Notes: generated by a model from the letters alone, not told the origin. A DNA stretch of 64,000 bases from Patescibacteria group bacterium (GCA_041737355.1 JBGSRW010000003.1:5332-69331), one strand, 5' to 3'; counted from the first letter of the stretch, positions 46,211 through 56,599 are shown. Translations and numbers: made by a program.

Positions 46211-49200
46211 TTAATAGATGCTCGCCAAAGACGGCTCTTTCATGGTAATCGAAGCGCCGTTCGGGAAATAGATCATATCCGAGGCGGGAAGAACATTACT
46301 CCAGAGGAAATTGTTGGCGGTGAAAGCCGCTTCGGAGACGACCATTCTTTTCTCCGCGCCCTGGACGTAATAGACATCGGACAACGTGGCGTATTTGATT
46401 AGAGCGCCGGTCGGATAAGAATCGGTTGTAATGTCCGGACCGAAGTTATAATCTCCCCAAAAAATTAATGGCACATCGACAACTCTCTTGGCCCAATCAT
46501 TTCCGTACAATGTTTTGGCCCTGGCCTCGGTCGGCACCCAGCGCAGAAGGCCGTTCGGTTCAACCGCGTAAACCTTCGGGTCGGTTTGAATTTTTACCAA
46601 TACCGTTCCTCCTCTTACCACTACGTTTTTACCAAGTGAAATGCCCCTCAACTGATCGTCGGAAACCGTTTTAACGCCGGACCAATCAAGATACCATGTC
46701 CGGTAAGTCAGGGAATTCGGAAAAAGATGGCGTTTATTGTCCGAACCGTAATAGTAAACTGCCGAACTCAAACTGCTCTTGATTAAATCGCCCACTTTAA
46801 GACCTGAAGGAATTTCTACGGGCGGCGGAGTTGCTCCGCTTGCGAAGATCACGGCAGCTGTCTGGTCGATAACTACTCCGCCGGCATTGGCCGTGTAAGT
46901 TGAAGTGCCCGCTGTGCCTGACTTTACTTTGAAAGTAGCTTTCCCGTCTGCACCGGTTGTGCCAGCAACAGTGGTTACCGTATCGGTTGCCCCGCGGCTT
47001 GAAGAAATGGTTACTGCTTTTCCGGAAAAAGCGGCGCCCGATTCGTCTTTTGCCGTAATAGTGATAGTCGATTCGCTAACTCCGTCAGCAATAAGCGAAG
47101 ATGGGGAAGCAATAATAGTCGACTTGGAAGCGGAGACCGTCGGAGCAGTGTAGTTGATGATGAAATCGGCGTCGGAAATATCAGAGGCCAAAAGACCGCC
47201 GGCGCTGTCATAGCCGTCGATTTTTATTTTTGCCGTTCCGGAAGAAATGTTTGGCACGGTCCATAAGTAAGTTCCGTCATTTGCCTCGTCTTCGGCAACA
47301 ACATTGGCAAAGGTCACGCCGCGATCGGTTGAGTAATATAATTTGACTTTACTGACACCCGTTCCGGTTGAAAACCAGGTAATGTTGCGACTGGAATTAC
47401 CGGCCCAAGCCTCTCCGCCGTTCGGCGCGTTCAAGGTAATCGTAATCGGCGCACCTCCGCCCCCTCCGCCACCGCCTCCGCCTCCACCAGCAACAGTAGT
47501 AAAGCTCCATGGATTTGGCACTAAGCTCCCCGACAATGAATTAGCAGATGGATCATCTCCTGCTGTAATTTGCTGGGTATAGCTGGTGCTATTTGCAAAT
47601 GCTGTATGAGAATAAGTCGCGATGCTACTTCCTCCAGACCAAACCGCTGCCCAGCCACCTGGGTTAGGAGCTGAAGTTTTAATCACTGTGCCAGTATTCA
47701 TCGGTTCGCTGAAAGTGACTACCACACTTGCTGTTGTCGTGGCTCCTGTTGCTCCACTAGCCGGCGAAGTACTGACAATAAACGGCGCAGCCCAATCATT
47801 ATAAATTGCCTGAGTCTGTTCCACCCCGGCATTATTTATATTGCCGGCTGCATCCTCTAAAGAAAATGGAATCCCGCCTCCCTGGCTGAAAATACGTATC
47901 GTCCCCGCATTGTTTGTATCAACAACGGTCGCTTCCGTGCCCAGACTAACGATTGTGGAGGAAACTGTGCCTGTAATCAAATCAGTTGCATCCGGACCAA
48001 AACCGGCGCCGTCAAAATCACCGTCATCAAATAGATTCAAATTGTCAGCGCTTAGGGTGCTTGCAGCCACTACTGGTTCTGAATAACCAACAGTAAAGCG
48101 GTCAATCTTGCCATCAAAATCCGAGTCCTGATAGGAAAAATATCTAATAACCGGTGCCGCGCCGTCGGCCGCATTGCCCGGAGCTCCGGCTGTATTCAAA
48201 TCATTGCCATACAAATCCTGTGCATTGGCGGAAGTCCAGGTCAAAGCAGGAGTAGCACCCGTATCGGGAGTACCGCTTTCTGTCAAAGCGTAAACTAAAG
48301 TTGTTGTACCCGTTCCGGAACTGGCACCTATATTCACAGGATAACCGGTAACGGCAAAAGCATTATAATCAGGATCCACGGTTGCTTCGGTATAAACGGC
48401 GGTTATCCGATCGATTTGGCCATTGCCATCTGCATCACCCGTGGTAACAGTGATACCACCGGTGCCGGAAGTATCAATAACTATATTGCTCGTATCGGCG
48501 ATATTATTGGGAGCGCCGGGAACACCCGAACCGCTCTGGTAATTACCAACCACATCATATACGCCTTCACCTCCGAATGGAATCGAACTTACTGTCAGGT
48601 CTGCGGAATCTTCACCGCTATTGGTGGGACCGACATTATAAAAACCATAAACAGTGTTACCGGAGACATTACCCCACCCCACGGTTACACCATTATCCAA
48701 AGTAATGGTAAGTGAACTTGCGCCTGATAAAGGTTCATCGTAAGTGGCGGTAACGTTAACGCTCGATCCGGGTCCATAAGTATCGTCAGCAGTGGTTGAA
48801 GTGAAACTCACCAATGTAGGTGCGGTCACGTCGATTACAATATCGCCAGCATCGCCAATGTTATTTGGCGCACCAGGAACACCGGAAGCCGCCTGAATAT
48901 TGCCATACAAATCAGTCGCACCTTCGACCGTAATTGAGGCAACGGTCAGATCCGAAGAATCTTCACCGCTGCCCGTTGCGCCAACCCAATAGGTGCTATC
49001 CAAAACACTGCCGGTAATATTATTTAAGACGACAGCAACGCCATTATCCAAAACTACGGTAACCGAACTACCACCGGCTAAAGGTTCGTCATAATTGGCG
49101 GCGACATTAACAGGAGATCCCGGTCCATAAGTACCATCCGCTGCAAGTGAAGTAAAGCTTTGTAGAGTCGGCGCAACGGTATCTTTGAATACTGTGCTTG

Positions 49201-51871
49201 TAGATGGCCCGCCCGAATTTAATGCCGGATCGGTCAACTGTACTGTAAGAGTAAGTACGCCGTCAGCCAACGATGAAACATCTATCGGTCCTATTGTATC
49301 GGTAGGTGTTGCAATTATTCCTGATCCTATTACCGTACCTAAAGCCGTATCTCTGATTGTATAATCATATGTTGATCCAACTTCTGCGCCAGTAAAAGTG
49401 AAAGTTAATGCAGTTTCATTTGCAAAATTAATATAGGGCTGATCAATCGCCGCCGTATATCCAAAAGGAGCGGCCCCGTCGTCCACCATAACCGGCCCGC
49501 CTGGCGGGGTAGTTTCGGCAAAGTTATAGCCGATCACCGCGATTGTGTCCGAAACGCTGTTATTGTTGTCGCCATTATTATATAAAATAGTCGGGTCAAC
49601 GGCGCCGCCGGTTTCACCAGCGTCAGCTGTGATTAAAACATCAAGAGTAAAACCTGCGCTCGCGTCATCAGGAGCAGAGGAAAAAGCCGCATTTATATCG
49701 CCTCCGGTAATTGTCCAATCACTGATGGTACTAGTGCTGCCGCCGGGCGCTGTCCCCATAAGCACATGTTCCGACCAAGTCGTTTCAATGGTATCAACTG
49801 TTCCGTCGCTATTATTATCAAGATATTCGGCGGAAACAATAACCGGCTTTGCAGCGTCGAGCACGGTTGTGGTTGAGATATTAGCCGCGTTATTTCCGTT
49901 CAAATCCGCAATGTATTGAGTAGAATATGTGTAAGCAATCTGCGGCTCCACTCCTCCGCCCCAGCCCGCGACGCCGGTTTGGTCTGGCGAAGTTCCGCTG
50001 ACATCAAGGATAATAAAACCACTCATCCCATTAGCGCAACCCAAGCCGCCAAAAGCGCAGCCGGAAACATCAAAACCGGTCAAGTCGTTGGCTGTTGCCG
50101 TCCACTCGCTGTCATCGTAGGCGGTGCCCAAGGCGGCATAAGTCACCGGCTCGGAATAAAGAATCAGCAAGTCGTTAACTATGTTGTTTGGTGTTTCAGG
50201 ATAAGCTATGCGACTATCGCCGGCGGTCACCGTGCCGGAAGTATCAAGGTCGTCATAAACATATTCTTTTCCCGGAGACCAAGTGCCGTCAGCGCCGGTA
50301 ACTTTACACTGAGTAAGTGTTTCGATAACGCTACCGATATCACCATCTCCTCCTGCGACTGTGGAGCCGGACGAGTAAGTCCCGCTAAAGACCTCTGTAA
50401 GCCTCACATCACCAATGGATACAAGGTTATTTGTGTCGTTGTCAGTATAAACATCTTCGCCACCATCCCATTGATTGGCCGTGCCGCCGGTTCCCACAGC
50501 GCAATTGACCAAAGATTGAATTGCTAAACCAATGTCTACATCCCCTCCACCAACCGTTCCCGGAGTGCCCGGCGCGGTATCCATATTCACATAACCAGTG
50601 GCCAGAAAAACCGGTAAAGCTTTATCCGTGGAAGCAACCGGCGCACCGTCAACTGCTAAAAGATTTCCCGCCGTGTCAGCCAGATTTCCGTTAGCCGTTA
50701 TTTGGGTATTTGGCGTAGCGGCCGTGTCGCAACCACTCTGGTCAAAAATGCCGCAAGTTCCGGCATTTTCCACCAATAAAACCCTGAAAATATTATCATT
50801 TGAAACCGCGCCGGTGTCGTAACCGGTTACCGTGTAACCTGCCACGGTTATTGTCAAACTGGAAAAATTATCATTTAAATTTTCCGAAGCGGTAAAATTA
50901 ATTTCGTCGATTTTCCCGTTACTGCCCGCATCGCCCGTTTCGCGAGCCGTCACAACCGGATTTAACGTATCAACTGAAATACCTTCTCCCCCTCCGACAT
51001 AGGCAGTCTGGAAATTACCATGCTGATCTTTGGCTCCAGTAATGTTATCAACGGTTAAAGTCTGGGCTTCATTCACGTCAGCCACAGTGAATTTGCTGCG
51101 GAAAGTGTTTTGATCCAGCCATTTATAGGATGGCAAACCCTCTATAGGCTCCAAAGTCAAAGTGCCTGAAGTGATAATGTCGGGGAGAAAGCCTACCGTA
51201 GGATTTACGGACGAATCCATAGTGTCCCAAGGAGTGCCTCCAACGGCGGCAATATTGGCGTAATCATAAGTGAGATGAAATATTCCCGCAGTGACAACCG
51301 AATCGTTTATGAAAGTAGTACTTGGGGAAACGGCAGATACTACCGGCGCCGATGTATCAACTATATTCGCCATGCTATTGCTGAGTAGTGTTACGCCACC
51401 AAGGTCATCGCTATCTCTGGCAGTTACGACCACCTGTGAGGCCGCATTACCCGCGCCAACATCAATACCACTGGCGGCAGCATCGAGTATCACAAAATCA
51501 AGCCGCCAAACATCTCCCGCGCCATTATTGCAGGTTTGCACCGCCAAAACTTCCGTAGCCGTCCCGCCGTATTTTGCTAAATCAACTGTTGCGGTTGGAA
51601 GAGAAGTTGTACAATCGCCATTTGCTATATTATCAGCGTTAGTGATAGTCGCATCAATTCGGATAGTATCTCCAATATTGGCAAATGTATTTACGTCTGC
51701 ATCAGTTAACAATGTTAATGAAACATTATTAATGGTGATACTTAGCGGTGCGGCCTTAACTTCATTTTTTGACATATTCACGTAAATGCCGATACCCAAA
51801 CTAAAAATCATCGAGATTGCCACCGACACCGGCAATATTTTGAAAAATCCTTTTTTAAATTTTTCTGCCAT
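46211..51871 (-). CDS. Giant (1886 aa) acidic T/G/S/D-rich adhesin-like surface protein with C-terminal shared domain
   Basis: N-terminal hydrophobic segment; many Ig-like modules and DxxxxG.ID Ca-binding-like motifs; Gly12 linker; Big_1-like domain; C-terminal GDLIK..AVYYYGSDNKRHLFP domain. Confidence 0.85.
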   Translation of the reverse strand: MAEKFKKGFFKILPVSVAISMIFSLGIGIYVNMSKNEVKAAPLSITINNVSLTLLTDADVNTFANIGDTIRIDATITNADNIANGDCTTSLPTATVDLAKYGGTATEVLAVQTCNNGAGDVWRLDFVILDAAASGIDVGAGNAASQVVVTARDSDDLGGVTLLSNSMANIVDTSAPVVSAVSPSTTFINDSVVTAGIFHLTYDYANIAAVGGTPWDTMDSSVNPTVGFLPDIITSGTLTLEPIEGLPSYKWLDQNTFRSKFTVADVNEAQTLTVDNITGAKDQHGNFQTAYVGGGEGISVDTLNPVVTARETGDAGSNGKIDEINFTASENLNDNFSSLTITVAGYTVTGYDTGAVSNDNIFRVLLVENAGTCGIFDQSGCDTAATPNTQITANGNLADTAGNLLAVDGAPVASTDKALPVFLATGYVNMDTAPGTPGTVGGGDVDIGLAIQSLVNCAVGTGGTANQWDGGEDVYTDNDTNNLVSIGDVRLTEVFSGTYSSGSTVAGGDGDIGSVIETLTQCKVTGADGTWSPGKEYVYDDLDTSGTVTAGDSRIAYPETPNNIVNDLLILYSEPVTYAALGTAYDDSEWTATANDLTGFDVSGCAFGGLGCANGMSGFIILDVSGTSPDQTGVAGWGGGVEPQIAYTYSTQYIADLNGNNAANISTTTVLDAAKPVIVSAEYLDNNSDGTVDTIETTWSEHVLMGTAPGGSTSTISDWTITGGDINAAFSSAPDDASAGFTLDVLITADAGETGGAVDPTILYNNGDNNNSVSDTIAVIGYNFAETTPPGGPVMVDDGAAPFGYTAAIDQPYINFANETALTFTFTGAEVGSTYDYTIRDTALGTVIGSGIIATPTDTIGPIDVSSLADGVLTLTVQLTDPALNSGGPSTSTVFKDTVAPTLQSFTSLAADGTYGPGSPVNVAANYDEPLAGGSSVTVVLDNGVAVVLNNITGSVLDSTYWVGATGSGEDSSDLTVASITVEGATDLYGNIQAASGVPGAPNNIGDAGDIVIDVTAPTLVSFTSTTADDTYGPGSSVNVTATYDEPLSGASSLTITLDNGVTVGWGNVSGNTVYGFYNVGPTNSGEDSADLTVSSIPFGGEGVYDVVGNYQSGSGVPGAPNNIADTSNIVIDTSGTGGITVTTGDADGNGQIDRITAVYTEATVDPDYNAFAVTGYPVNIGASSGTGTTTLVYALTESGTPDTGATPALTWTSANAQDLYGNDLNTAGAPGNAADGAAPVIRYFSYQDSDFDGKIDRFTVGYSEPVVAASTLSADNLNLFDDGDFDGAGFGPDATDLITGTVSSTIVSLGTEATVVDTNNAGTIRIFSQGGGIPFSLEDAAGNINNAGVEQTQAIYNDWAAPFIVSTSPASGATGATTTASVVVTFSEPMNTGTVIKTSAPNPGGWAAVWSGGSSIATYSHTAFANSTSYTQQITAGDDPSANSLSGSLVPNPWSFTTVAGGGGGGGGGGGGAPITITLNAPNGGEAWAGNSSRNITWFSTGTGVSKVKLYYSTDRGVTFANVVAEDEANDGTYLWTVPNISSGTAKIKIDGYDSAGGLLASDISDADFIINYTAPTVSASKSTIIASPSSLIADGVSESTITITAKDESGAAFSGKAVTISSSRGATDTVTTVAGTTGADGKATFKVKSGTAGTSTYTANAGGVVIDQTAAVIFASGATPPPVEIPSGLKVGDLIKSSLSSAVYYYGSDNKRHLFPNSLTYRTWYLDWSGVKTVSDDQLRGISLGKNVVVRGGTVLVKIQTDPKVYAVEPNGLLRWVPTEARAKTLYGNDWAKRVVDVPLIFWGDYNFGPDITTDSYPTGALIKYATLSDVYYVQGAEKRMVVSEAAFTANNFLWSNVLPASDMIYFPNGASITMKEPSLASIY
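48475..49185. repeat. Tandem ~117-119 aa Ig-like module duplication inside the giant protein
   Basis: Two copies of D..APTL.SFTS..AD.TYGPGS.VNV.A.YDEPL...LDNGV...SGEDS.DLTV.SI...SGVPGAPNNI.D...IVID. Confidence 0.9.
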
Positions 51872-51995
51872 ATTTTTCTAAAATTATTTATTTTTTTATA
51901 TTAAAAAACCCTCTTTCGAGAGTATTAAAATTCTTTCCCTCCTGCGGGGTCTTGTAGAAAACGACAAGCACGGGTAAATTTTCATAACTTCTCTT

Positions 51996-52024
51996 AGTCT
52001 ATAAAATATTCCCAAATTTAGCAA
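51996..52024 (-). promoter_or_regulatory. Sigma70 promoter of the giant surface protein
   Basis: Reverse complement TTGCTA-N17-TAGACT, giving a ~120-nt leader. Confidence 0.6.
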
Positions 52025-52030
52025 GGAATC

Positions 52031-52052
52031 TTATCCACACGCTTGTGGATTA
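52031..52052. promoter_or_regulatory. Inverted pair of DnaA-box-like sites
   Basis: TTATCCACA (52031-52039, perfect), a 4-nt gap, then TGTGGATTA (52044-52052, one mismatch). Confidence 0.55.
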
Positions 52053-54215
52053 CTCAATATAGAGAGCTCTTCCTGCAAGGGGTAATCCCTCTACCAAATA
52101 TCCCAAGGCATCTTTATCGCCGTCGTTCCATTCAAAATTATTTTTGGAAAAATCTTCTTCGGCACCGTCGCCCAAAAGATTGACCCAAACTTTTTGCGGA
52201 CCGTACTGACTTCCATAAATTAAACCAGAAGTGTTAAGTTCTAAAACCAAAGTCCGCGTTGCGCCGGCGGCAACGAAAATTTCTGAGCCGTAATTAAAAG
52301 TAAATTTCAAAATGCCATAATCGTTTTCGTTGGTCTCGAAACCGGGCGAAGCGACAACCGTCCTCGTGCTTGCGTCATAAATTCCGTAGGAAATACTGCC
52401 GGAATATCCTTCAGCCAGGGCATTATCCAAATTTTCGGCAAAATGCAAATCGGCATGGCCGATATTATTTCCGTAATCTGAATTAATTTCAAGCAATTTT
52501 TCCAACAAATCATTGCTTGTCCCGTCCGTGTCAACATCGTCTGAATAAACCGCGAAAGTCAGTTCCTTAACTTTAGACGGACCGGCCTCATCGGAGGCAA
52601 TATCAAATTTCGTTACCTCGGTAAATCCCCTGCCGGCCGGACCGAGCGGTGTTTCCGGATTCAGGGTAACCTTGATTTTTGTTTTTTTAATCAACATTTC
52701 GGCCGCGGCCTTGGCCTTGTTTTCAATCTGGCCGTATCCAAAATTTATATCCCAAAAATCAACCCCAGAAATTTGTCCTTCGGCTTCAAAATCGGTCTCG
52801 GTCAAGGTGAAAGACGGCCGGTCGCCGCTTATAGCTCCTCCGGCCGAAGTTTTAATATCGGCAAAAATTGAAAGTATCGCTCCTTCGCGCGGCACATAAA
52901 AATCTAAATCGTAGAAAGTTATTTTTCCAAGCCAAAGATTTTCTATTTTTGTTACAATTGTCCCGTCCCATTTCGGATAACTTATCCAAATTTTTTTGAT
53001 ATTCCGGTCATAATCTGGCAATTTATTGACTAATGAAATTTTCTTGACCAAAAACGGCTCATTCACCCCGGAAAATTTCAATCGGTTGAATTCGACTCCC
53101 AACCTTCCCATCGGAACAATCGCCGAACTTGGCGCGCCGATATCCGTTTCTATTTTCAAAATTCCGTTGTGCAAAATGGTTATTATGGCGAGTGGTTTTG
53201 CCCCGCCGTTTGGCTCGTCGCCCGAAGCCGAAATAAATTTTCCTAACCCGTCTTTTGCCTCAATGTCCTGGCCTGCCTTAGAAATATCAAAAGCGAAACG
53301 GTCGTCGTTCAGATACGGCGCCCCGGAATAGAAATCAACTTTAACGAATAAATGTTTTGTCGCTCCGGCCGGAATCGTCCAGTCCAAATTTTGAAAATAA
53401 ATTTTTCCGTCAACTGCCGGGGAAACGGGGCCGGCCAAAAGATTCCCTTCCTCGTCGTAAAGATAAACTAAAGAAACCAAATCCTGGATATAAACCGGCG
53501 AACCGTCATCCGAATCGTTACCAATGCCAAAATCAGGATCGCCCTGAACTTCGTCAACATAACTCGTTAAAGCCAATTTGGTTATGGTGATATCGCTCCC
53601 CCCGCCCACTCCGAATCTGAAAGCCGCGGCCGAAACCAATTTGCTATTTTTCACGTAAACGGCGGAGGAAACTCTGTCGGAAAAAGAAATCGCCAAGCTT
53701 CCCGGCCCAATCGGCTCTACCGGCGTCGATGCCGGTTCCCCGGAGAGAATCGGCTCGCCGATTTTGTAGCCGGCAAAAATAATTTCCGGCAAATCGTCAA
53801 TCAAACTCTGCCAATTTGTTCCGTAGCGCGAGACGGCTATCTCTGGCGTCGCAAGATGGCGCAAGAGACCATACTCGCTTACCTCGTAAACTTCCGGGCG
53901 GTTCGGCAATTTCAGAAGCCTAATCCCTGGTTTATAAAAACGGGCCCCGCCCGGGAAAATATTTTCCAGTTCTGCCCCGCTTATTGTTTTTACTCCGGAA
54001 AAATCGTTGTACCAGGAACGGTAGGTTTTTTCGTTCGGAAAAACATAGCGCTTGCCGTCACTCCCAAGATAATAAACCGCCGGCGAACTGCCTTTTATAA
54101 GGTCGCCAGCGGAAAAAGTTATTGCTTTGGCTTCGTGAAAAATGGAACAACAGAAAAAAATGAAGCTAAAAAAACAAAATAATCTAAAAGTATTATAATT
54201 TTTCCATTTAGACAT
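52050..54215 (-). CDS. Secreted S-layer-like protein (N-terminal shared domain + beta-sandwich modules)
   Basis: Signal peptide ending AKA; AGDLIKGSSPAVYYLGSDGKRYVFPNEKTYRSWY; downstream modules resemble those of the 1188-aa protein. Confidence 0.8.
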   Translation of the reverse strand: MSKWKNYNTFRLFCFFSFIFFCCSIFHEAKAITFSAGDLIKGSSPAVYYLGSDGKRYVFPNEKTYRSWYNDFSGVKTISGAELENIFPGGARFYKPGIRLLKLPNRPEVYEVSEYGLLRHLATPEIAVSRYGTNWQSLIDDLPEIIFAGYKIGEPILSGEPASTPVEPIGPGSLAISFSDRVSSAVYVKNSKLVSAAAFRFGVGGGSDITITKLALTSYVDEVQGDPDFGIGNDSDDGSPVYIQDLVSLVYLYDEEGNLLAGPVSPAVDGKIYFQNLDWTIPAGATKHLFVKVDFYSGAPYLNDDRFAFDISKAGQDIEAKDGLGKFISASGDEPNGGAKPLAIITILHNGILKIETDIGAPSSAIVPMGRLGVEFNRLKFSGVNEPFLVKKISLVNKLPDYDRNIKKIWISYPKWDGTIVTKIENLWLGKITFYDLDFYVPREGAILSIFADIKTSAGGAISGDRPSFTLTETDFEAEGQISGVDFWDINFGYGQIENKAKAAAEMLIKKTKIKVTLNPETPLGPAGRGFTEVTKFDIASDEAGPSKVKELTFAVYSDDVDTDGTSNDLLEKLLEINSDYGNNIGHADLHFAENLDNALAEGYSGSISYGIYDASTRTVVASPGFETNENDYGILKFTFNYGSEIFVAAGATRTLVLELNTSGLIYGSQYGPQKVWVNLLGDGAEEDFSKNNFEWNDGDKDALGYLVEGLPLAGRALYIE

Positions 54216-54228
54216 TGAACAAATTAAT

Positions 54229-55914
54229 TTATTCTATATTTTTATCCTGCCCGACCGTCAAAACCGCCTGTTCGGCTGCGAGACTGTAATCGGCAACAGC
54301 GTTAATTTCCGTTCCGATCGTGTAATTAGCGAGCAATGCTTCCGGAATAGCAATAATTTGTCCCTCCCAAGTCCCGCCCCAGATTGAAGCAGCTATTTCC
54401 GCGGTTTTAACCCAGCGGAGAACGCCGCCTTTTGAAACGGCATAAACCTTAGGATCCATGACATGCCATGGGGTATCCATGCTGACTACCTGGACTAATT
54501 TGCCTGGGCGAACAGTCACATTTCCGCCGAATGGGATTGCAATGAGATCCGCGTCAGACAGGGTCCGGACAGTTGAAAAACTTGTACCATACCACGAGAA
54601 ATATGCGGCTGCGTATGGGAATACATATCTCTTCGCATCGGCGCCATAGTAATAAACGGCTGTGCCGGAACTGCGGATAAGACCTCCGGCAACTAAGGAC
54701 ACGGCGCTGAAATTAATTGTTGGTTTTTGGTTTAAAGAAATGTTGGAAGCAACCGCGGTCAAAACCGAGCTCCCGGCCTCGCTTGAGCTTATTTCAAAAA
54801 TGGCAATTCCGTCCGTGCCGGTTGTGTCTTTGACTACCGTAATTTTGTCGGCTGTCCGGCTTGAGGTTATGGAAACGGTTTTCCCCGATAAAGGGCTGCC
54901 TGCAGAATTTTTTACGGTCACGGTCACGCTGGCTTTTGCCATACCATCTGCCAAAAGAGTCGTCGGAACCGCTTCAATCGTGGACAAACTTATTGAAGGA
55001 GAAATCAGGGCTGTCTGGTCAACCGTCACGGCGATGCCAGCGCCCGGCGTTTCGTTGTTGCCAATCCAGTCGGTGCCATAAACTTTAATCACATAGCTAC
55101 CACTTGCAATTGCCGTCCAATTATATTCCCAAGTCGAATAGTTTGCTCCGATGCCTGTCACGTCAACCCAATTATCAGCCCCGCCGACCGGAGCGATGGA
55201 AATTTTCACCAAAGCCGGAGTTGAACCGCCCTGGTCGCGGGAAACTCCGCTAATTTTATAAGTTGTTGTGGAAATCGTCGCACCGTCGTTCGGATCCAAA
55301 ATCAAAGTTTTTGGCGCGCTGACATCGGTTGAGGAGGTCAAGATTGTCTGATAATTCGGATTGATAATTGTTTCAGCCGGACCCATTGCCGAACCTAAAA
55401 ACAAACCTGTGTCGCCGATATCAAATTGGCCGATCGTTCCGCCGTCAAGCAAACCCGGGATTTTCATCCGCACGGTTTTTTGCGCCGTAATCGCCGCTCT
55501 TGAGGCTGTTTCAATGCTTACAAAAAGGCGCAGGCCCGAGCTTGGAACTGCCTTTGATAAATCTGCCAGATACCAATACTCGCCAATTTCCGTTCTTGTT
55601 GCTTCGCCTAATTTTTCATCAACTTCCATTCCCTGGAAACCGGCCGGACCGGCGTCGACCCAGACCACGACTTTGGAAATTTCGTAAATATTGCGGGCTG
55701 TTCCGTCGTTCGCCAAGGTTATTGCCCGAAGCGTATCGGCCATTCCGTCTGTCCGCGCCACGGTGAAATCCATGGCCAGCCGGTCAAACTCGGAAGGATA
55801 AAAATAAACCTGCGGCGCCCCGGTGTTTGTGACCGTAAGCGTTGCGGCAACCGCGCCCACTGGAAAGCAAGGCAGGATAAGCGAAAATGCTACTAAAAAA
55901 ATGATTTTTTTCAT
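54229..55914 (-). CDS. Secreted Ig-like surface protein with C-terminal shared domain
   Basis: Signal peptide from ATG 55914 (MKKIIFL); Ig-like and Big_1-like domains; C-terminal domain nearly identical to the N-terminus of the 1188-aa protein. Confidence 0.83.
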   Translation of the reverse strand: MKKIIFLVAFSLILPCFPVGAVAATLTVTNTGAPQVYFYPSEFDRLAMDFTVARTDGMADTLRAITLANDGTARNIYEISKVVVWVDAGPAGFQGMEVDEKLGEATRTEIGEYWYLADLSKAVPSSGLRLFVSIETASRAAITAQKTVRMKIPGLLDGGTIGQFDIGDTGLFLGSAMGPAETIINPNYQTILTSSTDVSAPKTLILDPNDGATISTTTYKISGVSRDQGGSTPALVKISIAPVGGADNWVDVTGIGANYSTWEYNWTAIASGSYVIKVYGTDWIGNNETPGAGIAVTVDQTALISPSISLSTIEAVPTTLLADGMAKASVTVTVKNSAGSPLSGKTVSITSSRTADKITVVKDTTGTDGIAIFEISSSEAGSSVLTAVASNISLNQKPTINFSAVSLVAGGLIRSSGTAVYYYGADAKRYVFPYAAAYFSWYGTSFSTVRTLSDADLIAIPFGGNVTVRPGKLVQVVSMDTPWHVMDPKVYAVSKGGVLRWVKTAEIAASIWGGTWEGQIIAIPEALLANYTIGTEINAVADYSLAAEQAVLTVGQDKNIE

Positions 55915-55936
55915 AAAGCTTAATTTATTTAAAAAA

Positions 55937-56599
55937 TTATTTCTTAAGCTCTTCCAAATCTTTCTTTGCTGTTTCATTATCCGGCGATAGTTTTACCAAT
56001 TTTTCATACCACATAATTGCCTCTTCTTTCGGACCGAACTCTTTGTAATAAACCGCGAGTTGTCCAACAAATTCAGCCTCTATTTCTGGATTATTTTTAA
56101 TGCCTTTCTTTAGAATTACGGGTATCTCTGCCCTTTTCCCCGGCAACTGATAATGGTAAAGATCTACCAAGCTGCGGTAAGCGGAAAGCCATTTAGGGTT
56201 TGTATCAATAATTTTCAAATAGGCCACTTCTGATTTGTCGTACTGCTGATTTCTTGTGTAAAGCTCGGCAACGTTCCCCAAAAGCAAAGTATCGGTCGGC
56301 CTAATTTCGAGGGCTGCTTCGTAAAGTTTTATTGCTTCAACGATGTCTCCCTTTTCCCTTTTCCAGGAAGCCAAGGCAAGATAGGCATCAACGTTTGTCG
56401 CGTCAGTCTTTAATTTTTCATAGGCATCTTTGATATTGGCCGGCAGTTCTTCCGCCTTTTCCCCGGAAAAAAGAGAAACAACGTAATTTTTCAGGTCTCC
56501 AACCTTCCCCTGCCAACGCCAAGTCTGCCAGGCCAAAAGCCCGCCTAAAATGAAAACAACCGCTACAACAACAATAATAATTTTTGCTTTTTTGGACAT
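55937..56599 (-). CDS. Membrane-anchored TPR protein
   Basis: N-terminal TM; TPR motifs AYLALA...GDIVEAIKLYEAALEIRP and AIMWYEKLVKLSPDN. Confidence 0.88.
   Translation of the reverse strand: MSKKAKIIIVVVAVVFILGGLLAWQTWRWQGKVGDLKNYVVSLFSGEKAEELPANIKDAYEKLKTDATNVDAYLALASWKREKGDIVEAIKLYEAALEIRPTDTLLLGNVAELYTRNQQYDKSEVAYLKIIDTNPKWLSAYRSLVDLYHYQLPGKRAEIPVILKKGIKNNPEIEAEFVGQLAVYYKEFGPKEEAIMWYEKLVKLSPDNETAKKDLEELKK

Noticed and set aside
47453-47488. Phase-variable simple sequence repeat at the poly-Gly
   Set aside because: Encoded by mixed GGN codons, not a slippage-prone homopolymer.
46211-51871. Enrichment of N-x-S/T sequons as evidence for N-glycosylation
   Set aside because: Sequons are present, but no more than expected from the high N/S/T content.
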